A DNA stretch of 64,000 nucleotides from the NCBI GenBank assembly GCA_016792805.1, contig JAEUHX010000042.1:132046-196045 (forward strand), in the 5' to 3' direction. Positions 8,958-18,523 of the stretch are shown in pieces (position 1 is the stretch's first letter; every line of letters begins with the position of its first letter). A program made the position numbers and the translations under genes. The notes beneath the pieces were generated by a model. The model was not told the origin of the DNA, searched no databases, and worked only from the letters and a program-made list of their open reading frames with translations. This stretch comes from Planctomycetota bacterium (GTDB lineage: Bacteria > Planctomycetota > UBA1135 > JACQFD01).

Positions 8958-10078
8958 TTCTCCTCCTGGCGCGGTGGCTGAGTGGCGTGCCCGGCGCCCG
9001 GCTCTTTACGTATATTACATTTCGCGCTGCGCTGGCCGCCATCATTGCCTTCTTTCTGTGCATGTGGCTCGGTCCCCGCGTCATTGCCAAGCTGCGCGAG
9101 CTTGGATTTCAGGATCGCGAGAAGGACGACGACGCGCGCCTCGCGCAGATCTGGCGTCAGACCGACAAGAAGAAGACTCCGACCATGGGAGGCGTGTTCC
9201 TCGTGCCGTCGATCATGGGCGCCGTGGTTTTGTGCGGAGACCTTACCAGCGTCTACGTCATGGTCGGGCTCGCGCTCGCACTCTGGTACATGGGGATCGG
9301 AGCCATCGATGACTGGGCCAAACTCCATCGCCGCAAGCAGGGCGGGCTCTCGCGGCGCGAGAAGCTGCTCTGGCAGACGGTCGGAGCGCTGGCTGCCGTG
9401 GCCGTTCTGTATTGGTACGCGACGTCGACGGGGCGCTCCTCGCTGCTTCGGATCTATGTGCCCTTCGTCAAGAATTTCGCCCTCGACTTGCCCGCCTGGG
9501 GGCTCGGCGGCGCCGTGGTCTACGCGGCCTTCCAGTGGTTCACGCTCGTCGGCACGGGCAATGCCGTGAACATTACCGATGGGATGGACGGCCTCGCCGC
9601 GGGATGCGCGCTTGTGGCGGGAATCTCTCTCGCAGTTCTGTGTTACGTCGCCGGTTCACCTCGCCTCGCCGACTACTTCATCGTTCCGACGATTCAAGGG
9701 GCGGCGGAGATGTCGATTCTGGCCGCAGCGTTGGTGGGAGGGTGCCTCGGTTTTTTGTGGTTCAATTGTTACCCAGCACAAGTTTTCATGGGAGACACCG
9801 GGTCGCTTCCCCTCGGCGCGATGCTCGGCTATCTGGCGCTCGTCTCCCGCCAAGAGCTCGTGCTCCCGGTGATCGCCGGCATCTTCGTCGTGGAGGCCGG
9901 CTCCTCCTATCTCCAGATCGTCTGGTTCAAGCGCACTGGCCGGCGGCTTTTCCCGATCGCGCCGTTGCATCACGTATTCCAGCTTCGACAGTACCCCGAG
10001 CCGAAAATTGTGATCCGCTTCTGGATCGCAGCGGCGCTTCTCTCCCTGGCTGGCGTCGCACTCCTCAAGATTCGATGA
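8954..10078 (+). CDS. mraY: phospho-N-acetylmuramoyl-pentapeptide transferase
   Basis: Polytopic membrane protein with KKKTPTMGG, NAVNITDGMDGLA, FMGDTGSLPLG and PLHHVF motifs. ATGA overlap with the murF stop. Confidence 0.93.
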   Translation: MILLLARWLSGVPGARLFTYITFRAALAAIIAFFLCMWLGPRVIAKLRELGFQDREKDDDARLAQIWRQTDKKKTPTMGGVFLVPSIMGAVVLCGDLTSVYVMVGLALALWYMGIGAIDDWAKLHRRKQGGLSRREKLLWQTVGALAAVAVLYWYATSTGRSSLLRIYVPFVKNFALDLPAWGLGGAVVYAAFQWFTLVGTGNAVNITDGMDGLAAGCALVAGISLAVLCYVAGSPRLADYFIVPTIQGAAEMSILAAALVGGCLGFLWFNCYPAQVFMGDTGSLPLGAMLGYLALVSRQELVLPVIAGIFVVEAGSSYLQIVWFKRTGRRLFPIAPLHHVFQLRQYPEPKIVIRFWIAAALLSLAGVALLKIR

Positions 10079-11229
10079 ATCAATCCACCACCACCTCTGC
10101 CCATGACCGGTCCATTGCGGCCCAGTCGGCCTGGCTCCTGCTCGGCTGCTGCCTCGGCCTGCTCGCTGTTGGAGTAATGACGGCGGCCTCGGTGGCGCCC
10201 CCCGGGGAGTTCGCGTCCAAGATGAAATCCCATGGCGCGAGCGTTGCGGTGGCGATGCTCGGATTCTTGGTGGCGCTGAAGACGCCGATCTCGCTCTGGC
10301 GACGGGCGGCGCCCTGGATTCTCGGTGCGGTGCTCGTCGCGCTCGCCGTGGTACTGGTGCCCGGGGTCGGACAGAAAGTGAAGGGTGGACGTCGGTGGCT
10401 TGAGCTGCTCGGCCAACGATTCCAGCCGAGCGAGTTTGCAAAAGTAGCGCTGATACTTTTTCTCGCGGACTTCATTGGGAAGGCACCCGAACGGCTCACC
10501 GATTTGTGGAGAGGTTACTGCTGTGCGGCAGGAGTCGTGCTTCTCACTGCGGGAGCCGTTTTTTTTGAGCCCGACCTTGGCACGACGCTCTATCTCGTCG
10601 CCATCGGCGGCGTGATGCTGGCCGTCGGCACGGCTCCGACGATGTATCTGATCGGCAGCGGCGTCGTAGCGATCCCGCTCGTGCTTGGGCTCGGCTATTT
10701 GAGGTATGATCACGCAAAGACCCGCAGTACGAATGACTACCAAGTCGTGCAGAGCCTGCGCGCGCTGGGAGAGGGAGGCCCCTTTGGTGTCGGGTACGGC
10801 GCGGGGCGCATGAAGCTCGGCCACGTTCCCGAGGGTCACAACGACTTTATCCTCGCGGCTGTAGGCGAAGAGTGGGGCCTGATCGGGACGACAGTCGTTT
10901 TATTACTTTTCGCGGGAATTGTCGTTGCGGGCGCCCGCGCTGTCTCGGCGGTGCGCGATCCGTTCGCGCGCCTCATCGTCTTCGCGGTTCCCTTCGCCAT
11001 CGTCTTTCAGGCCGCGGTCAATCTTTTTGTGGTGACCGGCCTCGTCTATCCGAAAGGTATCGCACTGCCATTTGTTTCCTCTGGCGGCTCGTGCCTACTC
11101 GCCTTCAGCGTCGCCGTCGGCCTCGCGGCCAACGTGCTGCGTGAACAAGCCCAGCGAAGCGCAGACGAGCGCTCGACGTTCGCCTCGCTCCTCTCGGCGT
11201 CGAGCGACCCGCAGGCTTCGCCCGCGTGA
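10075..11229 (+). CDS. ftsW: SEDS-family peptidoglycan glycosyltransferase FtsW
   Basis: The true start is ATG 10075 (ATGA overlap with mraY). The 9412-10074 part of the track ORF merely overlaps mraY. SEDS motifs: RWLELLGQRFQPSEFAK, EPDLGT, HNDFILAAVGEEWG, PFVSSGGS. Confidence 0.88.
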   Translation: MNQSTTTSAHDRSIAAQSAWLLLGCCLGLLAVGVMTAASVAPPGEFASKMKSHGASVAVAMLGFLVALKTPISLWRRAAPWILGAVLVALAVVLVPGVGQKVKGGRRWLELLGQRFQPSEFAKVALILFLADFIGKAPERLTDLWRGYCCAAGVVLLTAGAVFFEPDLGTTLYLVAIGGVMLAVGTAPTMYLIGSGVVAIPLVLGLGYLRYDHAKTRSTNDYQVVQSLRALGEGGPFGVGYGAGRMKLGHVPEGHNDFILAAVGEEWGLIGTTVVLLLFAGIVVAGARAVSAVRDPFARLIVFAVPFAIVFQAAVNLFVVTGLVYPKGIALPFVSSGGSCLLAFSVAVGLAANVLREQAQRSADERSTFASLLSASSDPQASPA

Positions 11230-11292
11230 GCTCACCACGAATCCAGATCGTCCACATACCCCATCCAAACTCTCTCATCTCGGAGGCCTCCC

Positions 11293-11838
11293 ATGGGCAA
11301 CCTCGAAAAGTATGGCGTCTTGGCTTTGATTTTTGTGATCGTTATTATTCTCGTCGTGGCGATCTTCCACGGTCCGACCGCTGATCCTCAGCCGGCCGCG
11401 GCCGGCGGTGCGCCGCAGACGGCGAATCTCCCGGCCGCCGATCCAGCCCTGGCGAATCGCCCGGCGCTCGCGGATTTCATCCGCAAGCAGCAGGAGGATC
11501 AGGCCGGGCAGCGCGCTCAGCAGGAGAACGTGACTCGCAATCCCGTCGTGGTGACGCCGACGACTCCGGCGGCAGGACTTGATCGCGCTTCGAAGACGCG
11601 CTCCTATGTCGTCGCGAAGAACGACACCCTCTCGACCATTGCCAAGAAAGAGCTCGGCTCCAAGAACCGTTGGAACGAGATCTTGAAGGTCAATGAAGGG
11701 CTGAACCCGAAGAAGCTCAAGATCGGTCAGACGATCCAGATCCCGGTCGTCGACGGCGCATCCACGGTCGCGGAGGACAACCCGGCCGGCAAGAAGAGCG
11801 ACAAGAAGCCGACTTCCGCCGGGATCGCTGCACGCTGA
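11293..11838 (+). CDS. membrane-anchored LysM domain protein
   Basis: GGAGG lies 7 nt upstream of ATG 11293. There is one TM helix (VLALIFVIVIILVVAIF). The LysM motif is YVVAKNDTLSTIAKKELGSKNRWNEILKVNEGLNPKKLKIGQTIQIP. Confidence 0.8.
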   Translation: MGNLEKYGVLALIFVIVIILVVAIFHGPTADPQPAAAGGAPQTANLPAADPALANRPALADFIRKQQEDQAGQRAQQENVTRNPVVVTPTTPAAGLDRASKTRSYVVAKNDTLSTIAKKELGSKNRWNEILKVNEGLNPKKLKIGQTIQIPVVDGASTVAEDNPAGKKSDKKPTSAGIAAR

Positions 11839-11944
11839 ATCGGGCCGAGCGGACCTGTAACCGATGCGGGTAGCGGGGCCCACGCCGTGTGAGGCATGGG
11901 CCCCGGCGCACTCTCCCGGGTCTCCTTCTGCGAAGATTCTCCCC

Positions 11945-13054
11945 ATGCGGCTAGTGCTCGCGGGCGGCGGCACAGGCGGGCACCTCGTGCCCGGGACCGC
12001 TCTTGCCCGTGCCGTGCTCGAGCGGGGAGGTTCTGTGCTTTTTGTGACTGCGGGCCGCCCGCTCGAGGCGCAGCTCGTCGGAGAGTTGCCTTTTGTGGTA
12101 TTGCCTTTGGAGGATGGCCGAGGGGCGCCGACGAAACGGCAGCTTCTGTGGCGAGTGCCCCGCTCGTGCGCGAAAGCACGGGGCATCCTCCGGGAGTTCG
12201 CCCCCGACGCCGTGCTCGGGCTTGGCGGGCTCGCATCGTTTCCCGTGGCGTTGGCGGCGCGATCGCTCGGGATTCCCGTCTCGCTGCTTGAGATCAACGC
12301 CGTCCCGGGGCGCGCCACGCGCTGCCTCGCTCCACTTGCCCAGCAGGTGCTGACGGCCGCCGACTCGGCGGCGCAAGCCATCGGCCGCAAGGCCGTTTGC
12401 TGCGGAGCGCCGCTGCGCCCGGGCTTTCGCAAGCTCCCACAAAAATCGGCGGCGAGAGCAGCGCTCGGGCTCGATCCCGGCCGGCTCACCTGCCTCGTTC
12501 TCGGTGGGAGCCAGGGCGCTTCTGCGGTCAACGAGGCCGTGGGGTTCGTCTTGCCGCAGCTTGCCGAGCGCGGAGCGCAGCTTCTGTGGATTGCCGGCCC
12601 CGGCAAGGAAGCTGCAGTTCGTGCTCGCTGCGAGGAGCATCCGGCGCTTGGGGCGTTGGTGCGCGGCTACCTCGACGACATGCCCACGGCGTTCGCGGCG
12701 TCCGATCTCGCGATCTGCCGGAGCGGCGCAGCGACCGTTTTCGAACTCGCCGCAGCCGCGCTGCCAAGCATCACAATTCCATATCCCCACCATGCAGATC
12801 GCCAACAGTTCCACAATGCGCGCCTGCTTGGCGAGGGAACGGTAATTCTCGAGGAGAAAGAGCTCGGCCGCGATCGGCTTGCTGCGGAACTGGGGGCGCT
12901 TCTCGACGATCCCGCGCGAAGGCAGCGGATGGCGGAGGCCTGCCGCCGGGCGGCTCGCCTCGACGCCGTGGAAAAGTCGCTGGAAGCGATGGAGCGCCTG
13001 CGGCAGCCTCGAACACGAGCGACTCCTCGAACTTTGCCCGCGGCTTCGGCATGA
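11945..13054 (+). CDS. murG: undecaprenyldiphospho-muramoylpentapeptide beta-N-acetylglucosaminyltransferase
   Basis: MRLVLAGGGTGGHLVPG at ATG 11945 (the track ORF starts earlier, at 11864), ...GGSQGA...ICRSGAATVFELAA. Confidence 0.9.
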   Translation: MRLVLAGGGTGGHLVPGTALARAVLERGGSVLFVTAGRPLEAQLVGELPFVVLPLEDGRGAPTKRQLLWRVPRSCAKARGILREFAPDAVLGLGGLASFPVALAARSLGIPVSLLEINAVPGRATRCLAPLAQQVLTAADSAAQAIGRKAVCCGAPLRPGFRKLPQKSAARAALGLDPGRLTCLVLGGSQGASAVNEAVGFVLPQLAERGAQLLWIAGPGKEAAVRARCEEHPALGALVRGYLDDMPTAFAASDLAICRSGAATVFELAAAALPSITIPYPHHADRQQFHNARLLGEGTVILEEKELGRDRLAAELGALLDDPARRQRMAEACRRAARLDAVEKSLEAMERLRQPRTRATPRTLPAASA

Positions 13055-14595
13055 CACCTTTCGACCCTGCGCCCCCCGGCTCGGCTTGCGCCCCTGCGGG
13101 CGCCTTCCCGCATCCACTCGAATCGGATCCCATCGGGATCGCGAGCATCCTCGCAACGACGCGAAGAGTGCATTTCATCGGAATCGGCGGAAGCGGCATG
13201 TCCGGGCTCGCCCGCGTGCTGAAGCGCCGTGGCTTTCAGGTCTCCGGCTCCGATGGAAAGGCCTCGCCGACGACCGCGCAGTTGGAGCGCGAAGGGGTTC
13301 GCATCACCATCGGGCACGATCCATCCGCGATCGATTTCGGCGACGGATTTGTGGTTCTCTCCGCGGCCGTGCCAGCGGAGAACCCTGAAGTAGCGGCCGC
13401 TGCCGCAAGGCGCCTCCCGATGGCAAAGTATGCAGCGGCTCTCGGCGGCGCGGTGGCGACTCGCCGAGTCGTGGCCATTGCGGGTTGCCATGGAAAGACG
13501 ACGACGACCGCGCTCACGACCTTTCTGCTCCGCCGCGCTGGGATCGATTGCGGATTTGTGATCGGGGGCCGCGTGCCGCAGCTCGACGGCAGCGCGGGCG
13601 AGGGCCGCGCCCGAGAGTTCGTCGTGGAAGCGTGTGAGTTTGACCGCTCGTTTCTTCACTTTTCCGCGGCTGCGGCGGCCATCACAAACCTCGACGCCGA
13701 TCACCTCGATTATTACGGAACGTTCGACGCGGTCGCCGATGCGTTCGCACAATTCGTTCTGCGGATGCGATCGGAGGGCATGCTCGTCACGACTCCGGAG
13801 GCGTGGAAGGTGCTCGCGCCGCGGCTCGAGGCGACTCCCGATTGGGCGGCGAAGCGCGTGCGTGTGCGCACCGTTGGGATCGGCGCAGCGGCGGACGACC
13901 GCATCGTGCCCGTGCGCGTCGATCCCGACCGGAACGACGGCACGCGCTCGGCGATGCGAATTGTTGCAGGCCACCACGACCTCGGTCTCTTCCATCTGCG
14001 CTTGGCGGGTAGTCATAATTTGTCGAACGCGGCAATGGCCGTCCTTCTGGCGCTTGAGATGGGGGCCGATCTGGAGGCGGTGCGGCGGGCGCTGGCCGAC
14101 TTCCATGGCGTTGACCGCCGCCTTACGGTGCACCACGCATCGCCGGATCTCACGGTGGTCGACGACTACGGCCATCACCCGGCGGAGATTCGGGCGACGC
14201 TCGCAGCGGCGCGTGAACAATTCTTGGCTTCGAGCGGCGACGACGGACGTGACGCCAGCCGTCGCCTGGTGCTAGTATTCCAGCCCCACCAATATTCGCG
14301 GACTCGGCTGCTTTTTGCGGACTTCGTCGAGGCGCTGCAGGGAGCCGATCGGGTGATCCTGCCGGAGATCTATGCGGCTCGCGACAACGACGAGGATCGA
14401 AAAGCGGTGTCGAGCGCCCATCTCGCTGAGGCCCTTCGAGCCAAGGGTGTCGATGCGGAATTCGCGCCGACGCTCGATGTGGCCGCGGAGCTGGCATGGA
14501 CCGGGCGCCGTCCGGGAGATGTGATCCTCACTTCTGGCGCAGGCGATGTCGATCGGGTGGCCGATGAGCTGGTTCGACGAGCCTCGGCTCGGTAG
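13051..14595 (+). CDS. murC: UDP-N-acetylmuramate--L-alanine ligase
   Basis: ATG 13051 overlaps the murG stop (ATGA). VHFIGIGGSGMSGLARVLKRRGFQVSGSD, IAGCHGKTTTTAL and DDYGHHPAEI are present. The 12397-13050 part of the track ORF is an artefact that overlaps murG. Confidence 0.92.
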   Translation: MTPFDPAPPGSACAPAGAFPHPLESDPIGIASILATTRRVHFIGIGGSGMSGLARVLKRRGFQVSGSDGKASPTTAQLEREGVRITIGHDPSAIDFGDGFVVLSAAVPAENPEVAAAAARRLPMAKYAAALGGAVATRRVVAIAGCHGKTTTTALTTFLLRRAGIDCGFVIGGRVPQLDGSAGEGRAREFVVEACEFDRSFLHFSAAAAAITNLDADHLDYYGTFDAVADAFAQFVLRMRSEGMLVTTPEAWKVLAPRLEATPDWAAKRVRVRTVGIGAAADDRIVPVRVDPDRNDGTRSAMRIVAGHHDLGLFHLRLAGSHNLSNAAMAVLLALEMGADLEAVRRALADFHGVDRRLTVHHASPDLTVVDDYGHHPAEIRATLAAAREQFLASSGDDGRDASRRLVLVFQPHQYSRTRLLFADFVEALQGADRVILPEIYAARDNDEDRKAVSSAHLAEALRAKGVDAEFAPTLDVAAELAWTGRRPGDVILTSGAGDVDRVADELVRRASAR

Positions 14596-15487
14596 CGTCC
14601 GCGCAGCAGGAACGGCCGCGCCAGCGCGGGCCTTCGGAGGCGCGCGAAGCGACGTGCCGATGTCTCAGCTCACCACATTTCAGGTTGGCGGACCGGCGCG
14701 TTTGCTCCTCGAGCCGCTCGACCCCGAAAGCGCCGCCGAGACCGTGCGGCGCGTCCGCCAACGCGGGCTGCCGGTTCGTGTGCTCGGCAACGGCAGCAAT
14801 CTCCTGGTCTCCGACGCCGGCGTCGAGGGAGCTGTGATCTTCACAGATCGCATGCGCCGGTGCATTCAGGACGAAGACCGAATCCGGGCTTGGGCGGGCA
14901 CCCATCTCGTCGGGCTTGTCAATTATGCGGCGAAGGTGGGGCTCTCGGGCGTCGAGGGGCTGATCGGCATCCCGGCCCAAGTCGGGGGCGCCGTGCGCAT
15001 GAATGCCGGCGGCCGCTGGGGCGAGATCTTCGACGTGCTCGAGTCGGTGACGGTCTGCGACCTCGAGACGGGAGAAGTGAGGACGCTCACGCGCTCCGAA
15101 TGCCAGCCGACCTACCGCAACAGCAACCTCGGAAATGTGATGGTCCTTGAGTGCGTCCTGCGGCTCAAGCCGGGCGACCGCAAGGCCATCGCCGAAGCCA
15201 CCAAGGAGCATCTGCTCGAGAAGAACGCCGTGCAGCCGGTCACGGAGCCCTCGGCGGGATGTATCTTCAAGAATCCCAAACCCGACAGCGCCGGAAAAGT
15301 GATCGAGAGCTGCGGCCTCAAAGGCACGCGCATCGGCGGCATCGAGGTCTCCCCGAAGCACGCCAACTATTTTGTGAACGTCGGCGGGGGCACCTGCGAC
15401 GATGCCCTCCGCCTCATCGAGCTCGTCCGCGACCGCGTGCGCCGCGAGCGCGGAATCGAGCTTCAGCTCGAAGTTCAGCTCTGGTAG
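14546..15487 (+). CDS. murB: UDP-N-acetylenolpyruvoylglucosamine reductase
   Basis: LTTFQVGGPARLL...RVLGNGSNLLVSD...YRNS...SAGCIFKNP...GGIEVSPKHANYFVN. The start is uncertain: ATG 14546 overlaps murC by 50 nt, and ATG 14564 is an alternative. Confidence 0.88.
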   Translation: MSIGWPMSWFDEPRLGSVRAAGTAAPARAFGGARSDVPMSQLTTFQVGGPARLLLEPLDPESAAETVRRVRQRGLPVRVLGNGSNLLVSDAGVEGAVIFTDRMRRCIQDEDRIRAWAGTHLVGLVNYAAKVGLSGVEGLIGIPAQVGGAVRMNAGGRWGEIFDVLESVTVCDLETGEVRTLTRSECQPTYRNSNLGNVMVLECVLRLKPGDRKAIAEATKEHLLEKNAVQPVTEPSAGCIFKNPKPDSAGKVIESCGLKGTRIGGIEVSPKHANYFVNVGGGTCDDALRLIELVRDRVRRERGIELQLEVQLW

Positions 15488-15493
15488 CGGATC

Positions 15494-16027
15494 TCAGCGC
15501 GGAAGATCGCGCACAAGATCCCAATCGGGTACTCCGAAATAGTAACGATAGAGGGCCAATCGCACGCGATTGCGCTCTCGCCGTTTTGTGACTTGCGAGA
15601 CGGCCTCCTCGATGGCATCGAGCCGTGCGCGGGCATCGGCTGCGTAGTCGACGGCGGCCGGGGCCGCAGCCGGCTCCGCGGCGGCGTCCCCCGTGCGCCT
15701 CGCCGACGCCTCGGCCGCCCGAGCGGCGTCGCGGCGCATCCTCTCTTCCGCCCGCTCGACGAGGTAGACCTCGGCACGCTTGCGCGACTCGTCCTCCTGC
15801 TTGGCGAGGTCGGCGGCATTCGGTCCTTTTGTGGTGTCCACCGAATCGACCAGCGCGGCCGGGAATCCCATCTCGCCGCCGGCGACCTTCAGCACCACAT
15901 AATCGGAGGTCTTGGACGTCACGACGCCTTCGAGCGTCTCGCCATTCTTGAGTTTCACGATATCCGCCGAGGCGGCGGAGGCGAGGAGCGCGGCGGCTCC
16001 TGCAATCCACAGAGCGCGGAGAAGCAC
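15494..16027 (-). CDS. secreted hypothetical protein
   Basis: GTG 16027 gives the signal peptide (V)LLRALWIAGAAALLASAASA|D (the track start 16069 is also GTG). The rest is a small beta region followed by a charged helical region. Convergent with murB. Confidence 0.6.
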   Translation of the reverse strand: MLLRALWIAGAAALLASAASADIVKLKNGETLEGVVTSKTSDYVVLKVAGGEMGFPAALVDSVDTTKGPNAADLAKQEDESRKRAEVYLVERAEERMRRDAARAAEASARRTGDAAAEPAAAPAAVDYAADARARLDAIEEAVSQVTKRRERNRVRLALYRYYFGVPDWDLVRDLPR

Positions 16028-16182
16028 GGTTGGTACCTGGGAGGGGAGTTTCGAATCGCCGCAGAGCACCCGTTCGGCGGAGCAATCCGCCGACGGAGAT
16101 TTCTCACCGGCGCCTCGAGGCTAACCCGCATTTCTCGGGACGGCCAAAAAGCGCACCCGGAAATCCTTTCCGGCGCAGCGCA

Positions 16183-18315
16183 CTATTTCCCTCCGCCGGT
16201 GACCGGGCCGCCCGTCGGAGTAGGCGGAGGCGCTGGTTTCTTGGGATCGGGCTCGGTTTTCTTCGGCGGTTTCGGCGGCCGCGCCTTCGGCGGCAGCGTC
16301 TTCGGGTTGCCTTGAGGCTGGGGCGGGGGAGGAGGCGGATCGAAGGGGATCACCTCCGTTGCTTCGGCGTCGCCGATCACAATTTCTTCCTCCGGCGTAT
16401 GCACGAGAGGGCGGAATCGGGCGCCGAGATTCTGCTGTGGAAATACACAAATGGCCGCCGACCACCACGACGCGTCGGGCTCCCACTCCTCGAATGCGAT
16501 CATCTCCTCGCCGTCGGTTCGCCGAAGGATGCCCTGGCGCGGCATCCGCACGTCTCCGAATTGGCTGCGGCCAGTAACAAATCCAGTCGGAGATCCCCAG
16601 CCCATCGCCGACGCCCGCCTCGGATCGAACGCAATTTTCCAGGGCTCTTCGGGAAGCTCTCTCTCCGTGAGCAGCGCGACGGAGCAGCCGCGGCCGGGCA
16701 CGTGCTCGACGACCGTGCCGTCCTCGGCAGTCCTCGTGATGAGCACGCCGCTGCCGCGCTTGATCGAGAATGCACTAAAACCGCCGGAAAGGAAGAAATC
16801 CTTCGGGCGCTCGAGCTGGCTGCGGCGCACCGCCGAGAGCGATCCGCTCCCGTCGAGCTCGATCCGTGCGAAGACCACCGCGGAGCGCAGATCGTCGGCG
16901 AGCCGGTAGAAGACGAGCATCACCGGTGCGAGGTCGCTCTCGCGACGCAACAAAAGCGCGTCGCTCCCACGTCGCGTCGGAGCGGGTGCCGGCTCGGCGC
17001 CCCGCGGACTCTTCGAGCGTGCCCGCGCGAATCCGCCGGGGCCGCGATAGAAGGCAAAGGGTCGATCGCTCAGATAATTGCCAGTGGCGCGCCCGAGCAC
17101 CCAACGAAGGGCGAGGCGCCCTGACGATTCAAACGTCGAGGCCGCAGCTTCGCCCTCCTCGGCGCGCTCGTCGGTTCCGGGAAGCACCCAGGCCTCGTAG
17201 CGCTGCCCAGTGTCCGGCGCTTCCAAGCGCCCGACGAACATCGCTCCGATCGCGCCGCGCGGCGACACCTTCGGCTTCGCAGGCTCCGGCGCATTCTTCG
17301 CGCCGCTCTCTCCGGTCTTCACGCCGTTCAAGGCTGCGAAAAGCTCGTACGCATATCCGACCACTTCCCCCTGGGAGGGCGATTCCCGCGGAGGCAGCGC
17401 GCGCCAGCGCCTCTCGGCGCGCAGCCCTGCCAAGACCTCCTCGGCGATGAGGTCGTGAATCCCACTTTTCCATTCCGACGCAGCGTTGAGAATGAGCTCC
17501 GGCGGAAATAGTAAAGGATCACCCGAGACGGGCCCGCGCGACATGAGTAAACTCTGCGCCAGGCTTTCGACGTGGAAGGCGAGCCGGAAGCGGATGTGCT
17601 CGCGCCGCTCGCCGTCGAGCCACTCGCCCCAGACAGGGGCCGGTTCGCCGGTCGCGAATCGCGCCGAACCGATGATCGGCGGGCCGTCGTCCTCGGTGCG
17701 CACGTCGACTGCGAGCAGACCCCAATTATCGCGGCGCGAGCCTTGGCGGAGTGTTCGTACTTTTCGTTCGGGAATGCTCCAGTCGATCAGGGTGCCTCGG
17801 ACGTTGTGCCGCAGGGATTCACCGTTGGATCCCGGGCGCCAGACGGGAAGCCAGCTAGGCCCCGAAGAAGTAGCAACCCACAAAACGGAGAAGGCGTTGC
17901 TTTCCAGCGGGAGATCGCAGGCGAACTCCGGGCCGTCGGCCTTCACTCCAAAAGCGTTGTTGCGCGCGTCGAACCGCAGCGCCACCGGTTCCACGCTTTT
18001 CGGCTGCCGCGTCGCGCCGTCCAGCACCACGCGGTAAGCCGCCGTCGTGGCGCCGCTGCGCGTGTCGTGGGCGATCACGATCTGCTCCGGGCGCCCCGAC
18101 TCGCCTCGAACGGCGTGGACCAGCAGGAAGTCGCGCTGGTTCGCTGGCTGCCCGAGTGGTCCCCGCTCCACGAGGTAGCCGAATGCTTCGCCCGGCCGCC
18201 ACCCCTGGGGTGAGGCTTTGCGGGCGTACGCCGCCCCGGGGAGGAGCGCTGCGGTCAACGGCGCCAGCGCCGCGGCGAGCGCGGCAGCCAGTAGTCGTCC
18301 CGCAGGGTAGTGCAT
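16183..18315 (-). CDS. large secreted hypothetical protein with Pro/Lys-rich C-terminus
   Basis: ATG 18315 gives the signal peptide MHYPAGRLLAAALAAALAPLTAALLPGAAYA. It reads as 711 aa with good GC3 bias. The C-terminus is PPPPPPQPQGNPKTLPPKARPPKPPKKTEPDPKKPAPPPTP. No family recognised. Confidence 0.65.
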   Translation of the reverse strand: MHYPAGRLLAAALAAALAPLTAALLPGAAYARKASPQGWRPGEAFGYLVERGPLGQPANQRDFLLVHAVRGESGRPEQIVIAHDTRSGATTAAYRVVLDGATRQPKSVEPVALRFDARNNAFGVKADGPEFACDLPLESNAFSVLWVATSSGPSWLPVWRPGSNGESLRHNVRGTLIDWSIPERKVRTLRQGSRRDNWGLLAVDVRTEDDGPPIIGSARFATGEPAPVWGEWLDGERREHIRFRLAFHVESLAQSLLMSRGPVSGDPLLFPPELILNAASEWKSGIHDLIAEEVLAGLRAERRWRALPPRESPSQGEVVGYAYELFAALNGVKTGESGAKNAPEPAKPKVSPRGAIGAMFVGRLEAPDTGQRYEAWVLPGTDERAEEGEAAASTFESSGRLALRWVLGRATGNYLSDRPFAFYRGPGGFARARSKSPRGAEPAPAPTRRGSDALLLRRESDLAPVMLVFYRLADDLRSAVVFARIELDGSGSLSAVRRSQLERPKDFFLSGGFSAFSIKRGSGVLITRTAEDGTVVEHVPGRGCSVALLTERELPEEPWKIAFDPRRASAMGWGSPTGFVTGRSQFGDVRMPRQGILRRTDGEEMIAFEEWEPDASWWSAAICVFPQQNLGARFRPLVHTPEEEIVIGDAEATEVIPFDPPPPPPQPQGNPKTLPPKARPPKPPKKTEPDPKKPAPPPTPTGGPVTGGGK

Positions 18316-18523
18316 GGATCGGGGGATCGCGCGCGAGCGCACAAGCAATCTATGCCGGCCAGCACGGGGCGCGACGGGAGGAGTTCCCAGATTTCGGGCT
18401 GAGGCGGAAGCGACGCGTTGGCGCTGCGGAAATGCGTGATGGGAGCGGCGCCCGGGCCACGCCGGAGGAGGCAAAGACCGAGTCGCCCCTTCGGCGACCG
18501 ATTCGAACCCTTCGGTGCCCTCC

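Noticed and set aside
9412-10074. N-terminal 220-codon extension of the ftsW ORF
   Set aside because: It overlaps mraY in another frame and is Arg/Gly-rich nonsense. SEDS homology and an ATGA-coupled ATG begin at 10075.
12397-13050. N-terminal extension of the murC ORF
   Set aside because: It overlaps the well-supported murG frame. The MurC motifs start after ATG 13051, which is coupled to the murG stop.
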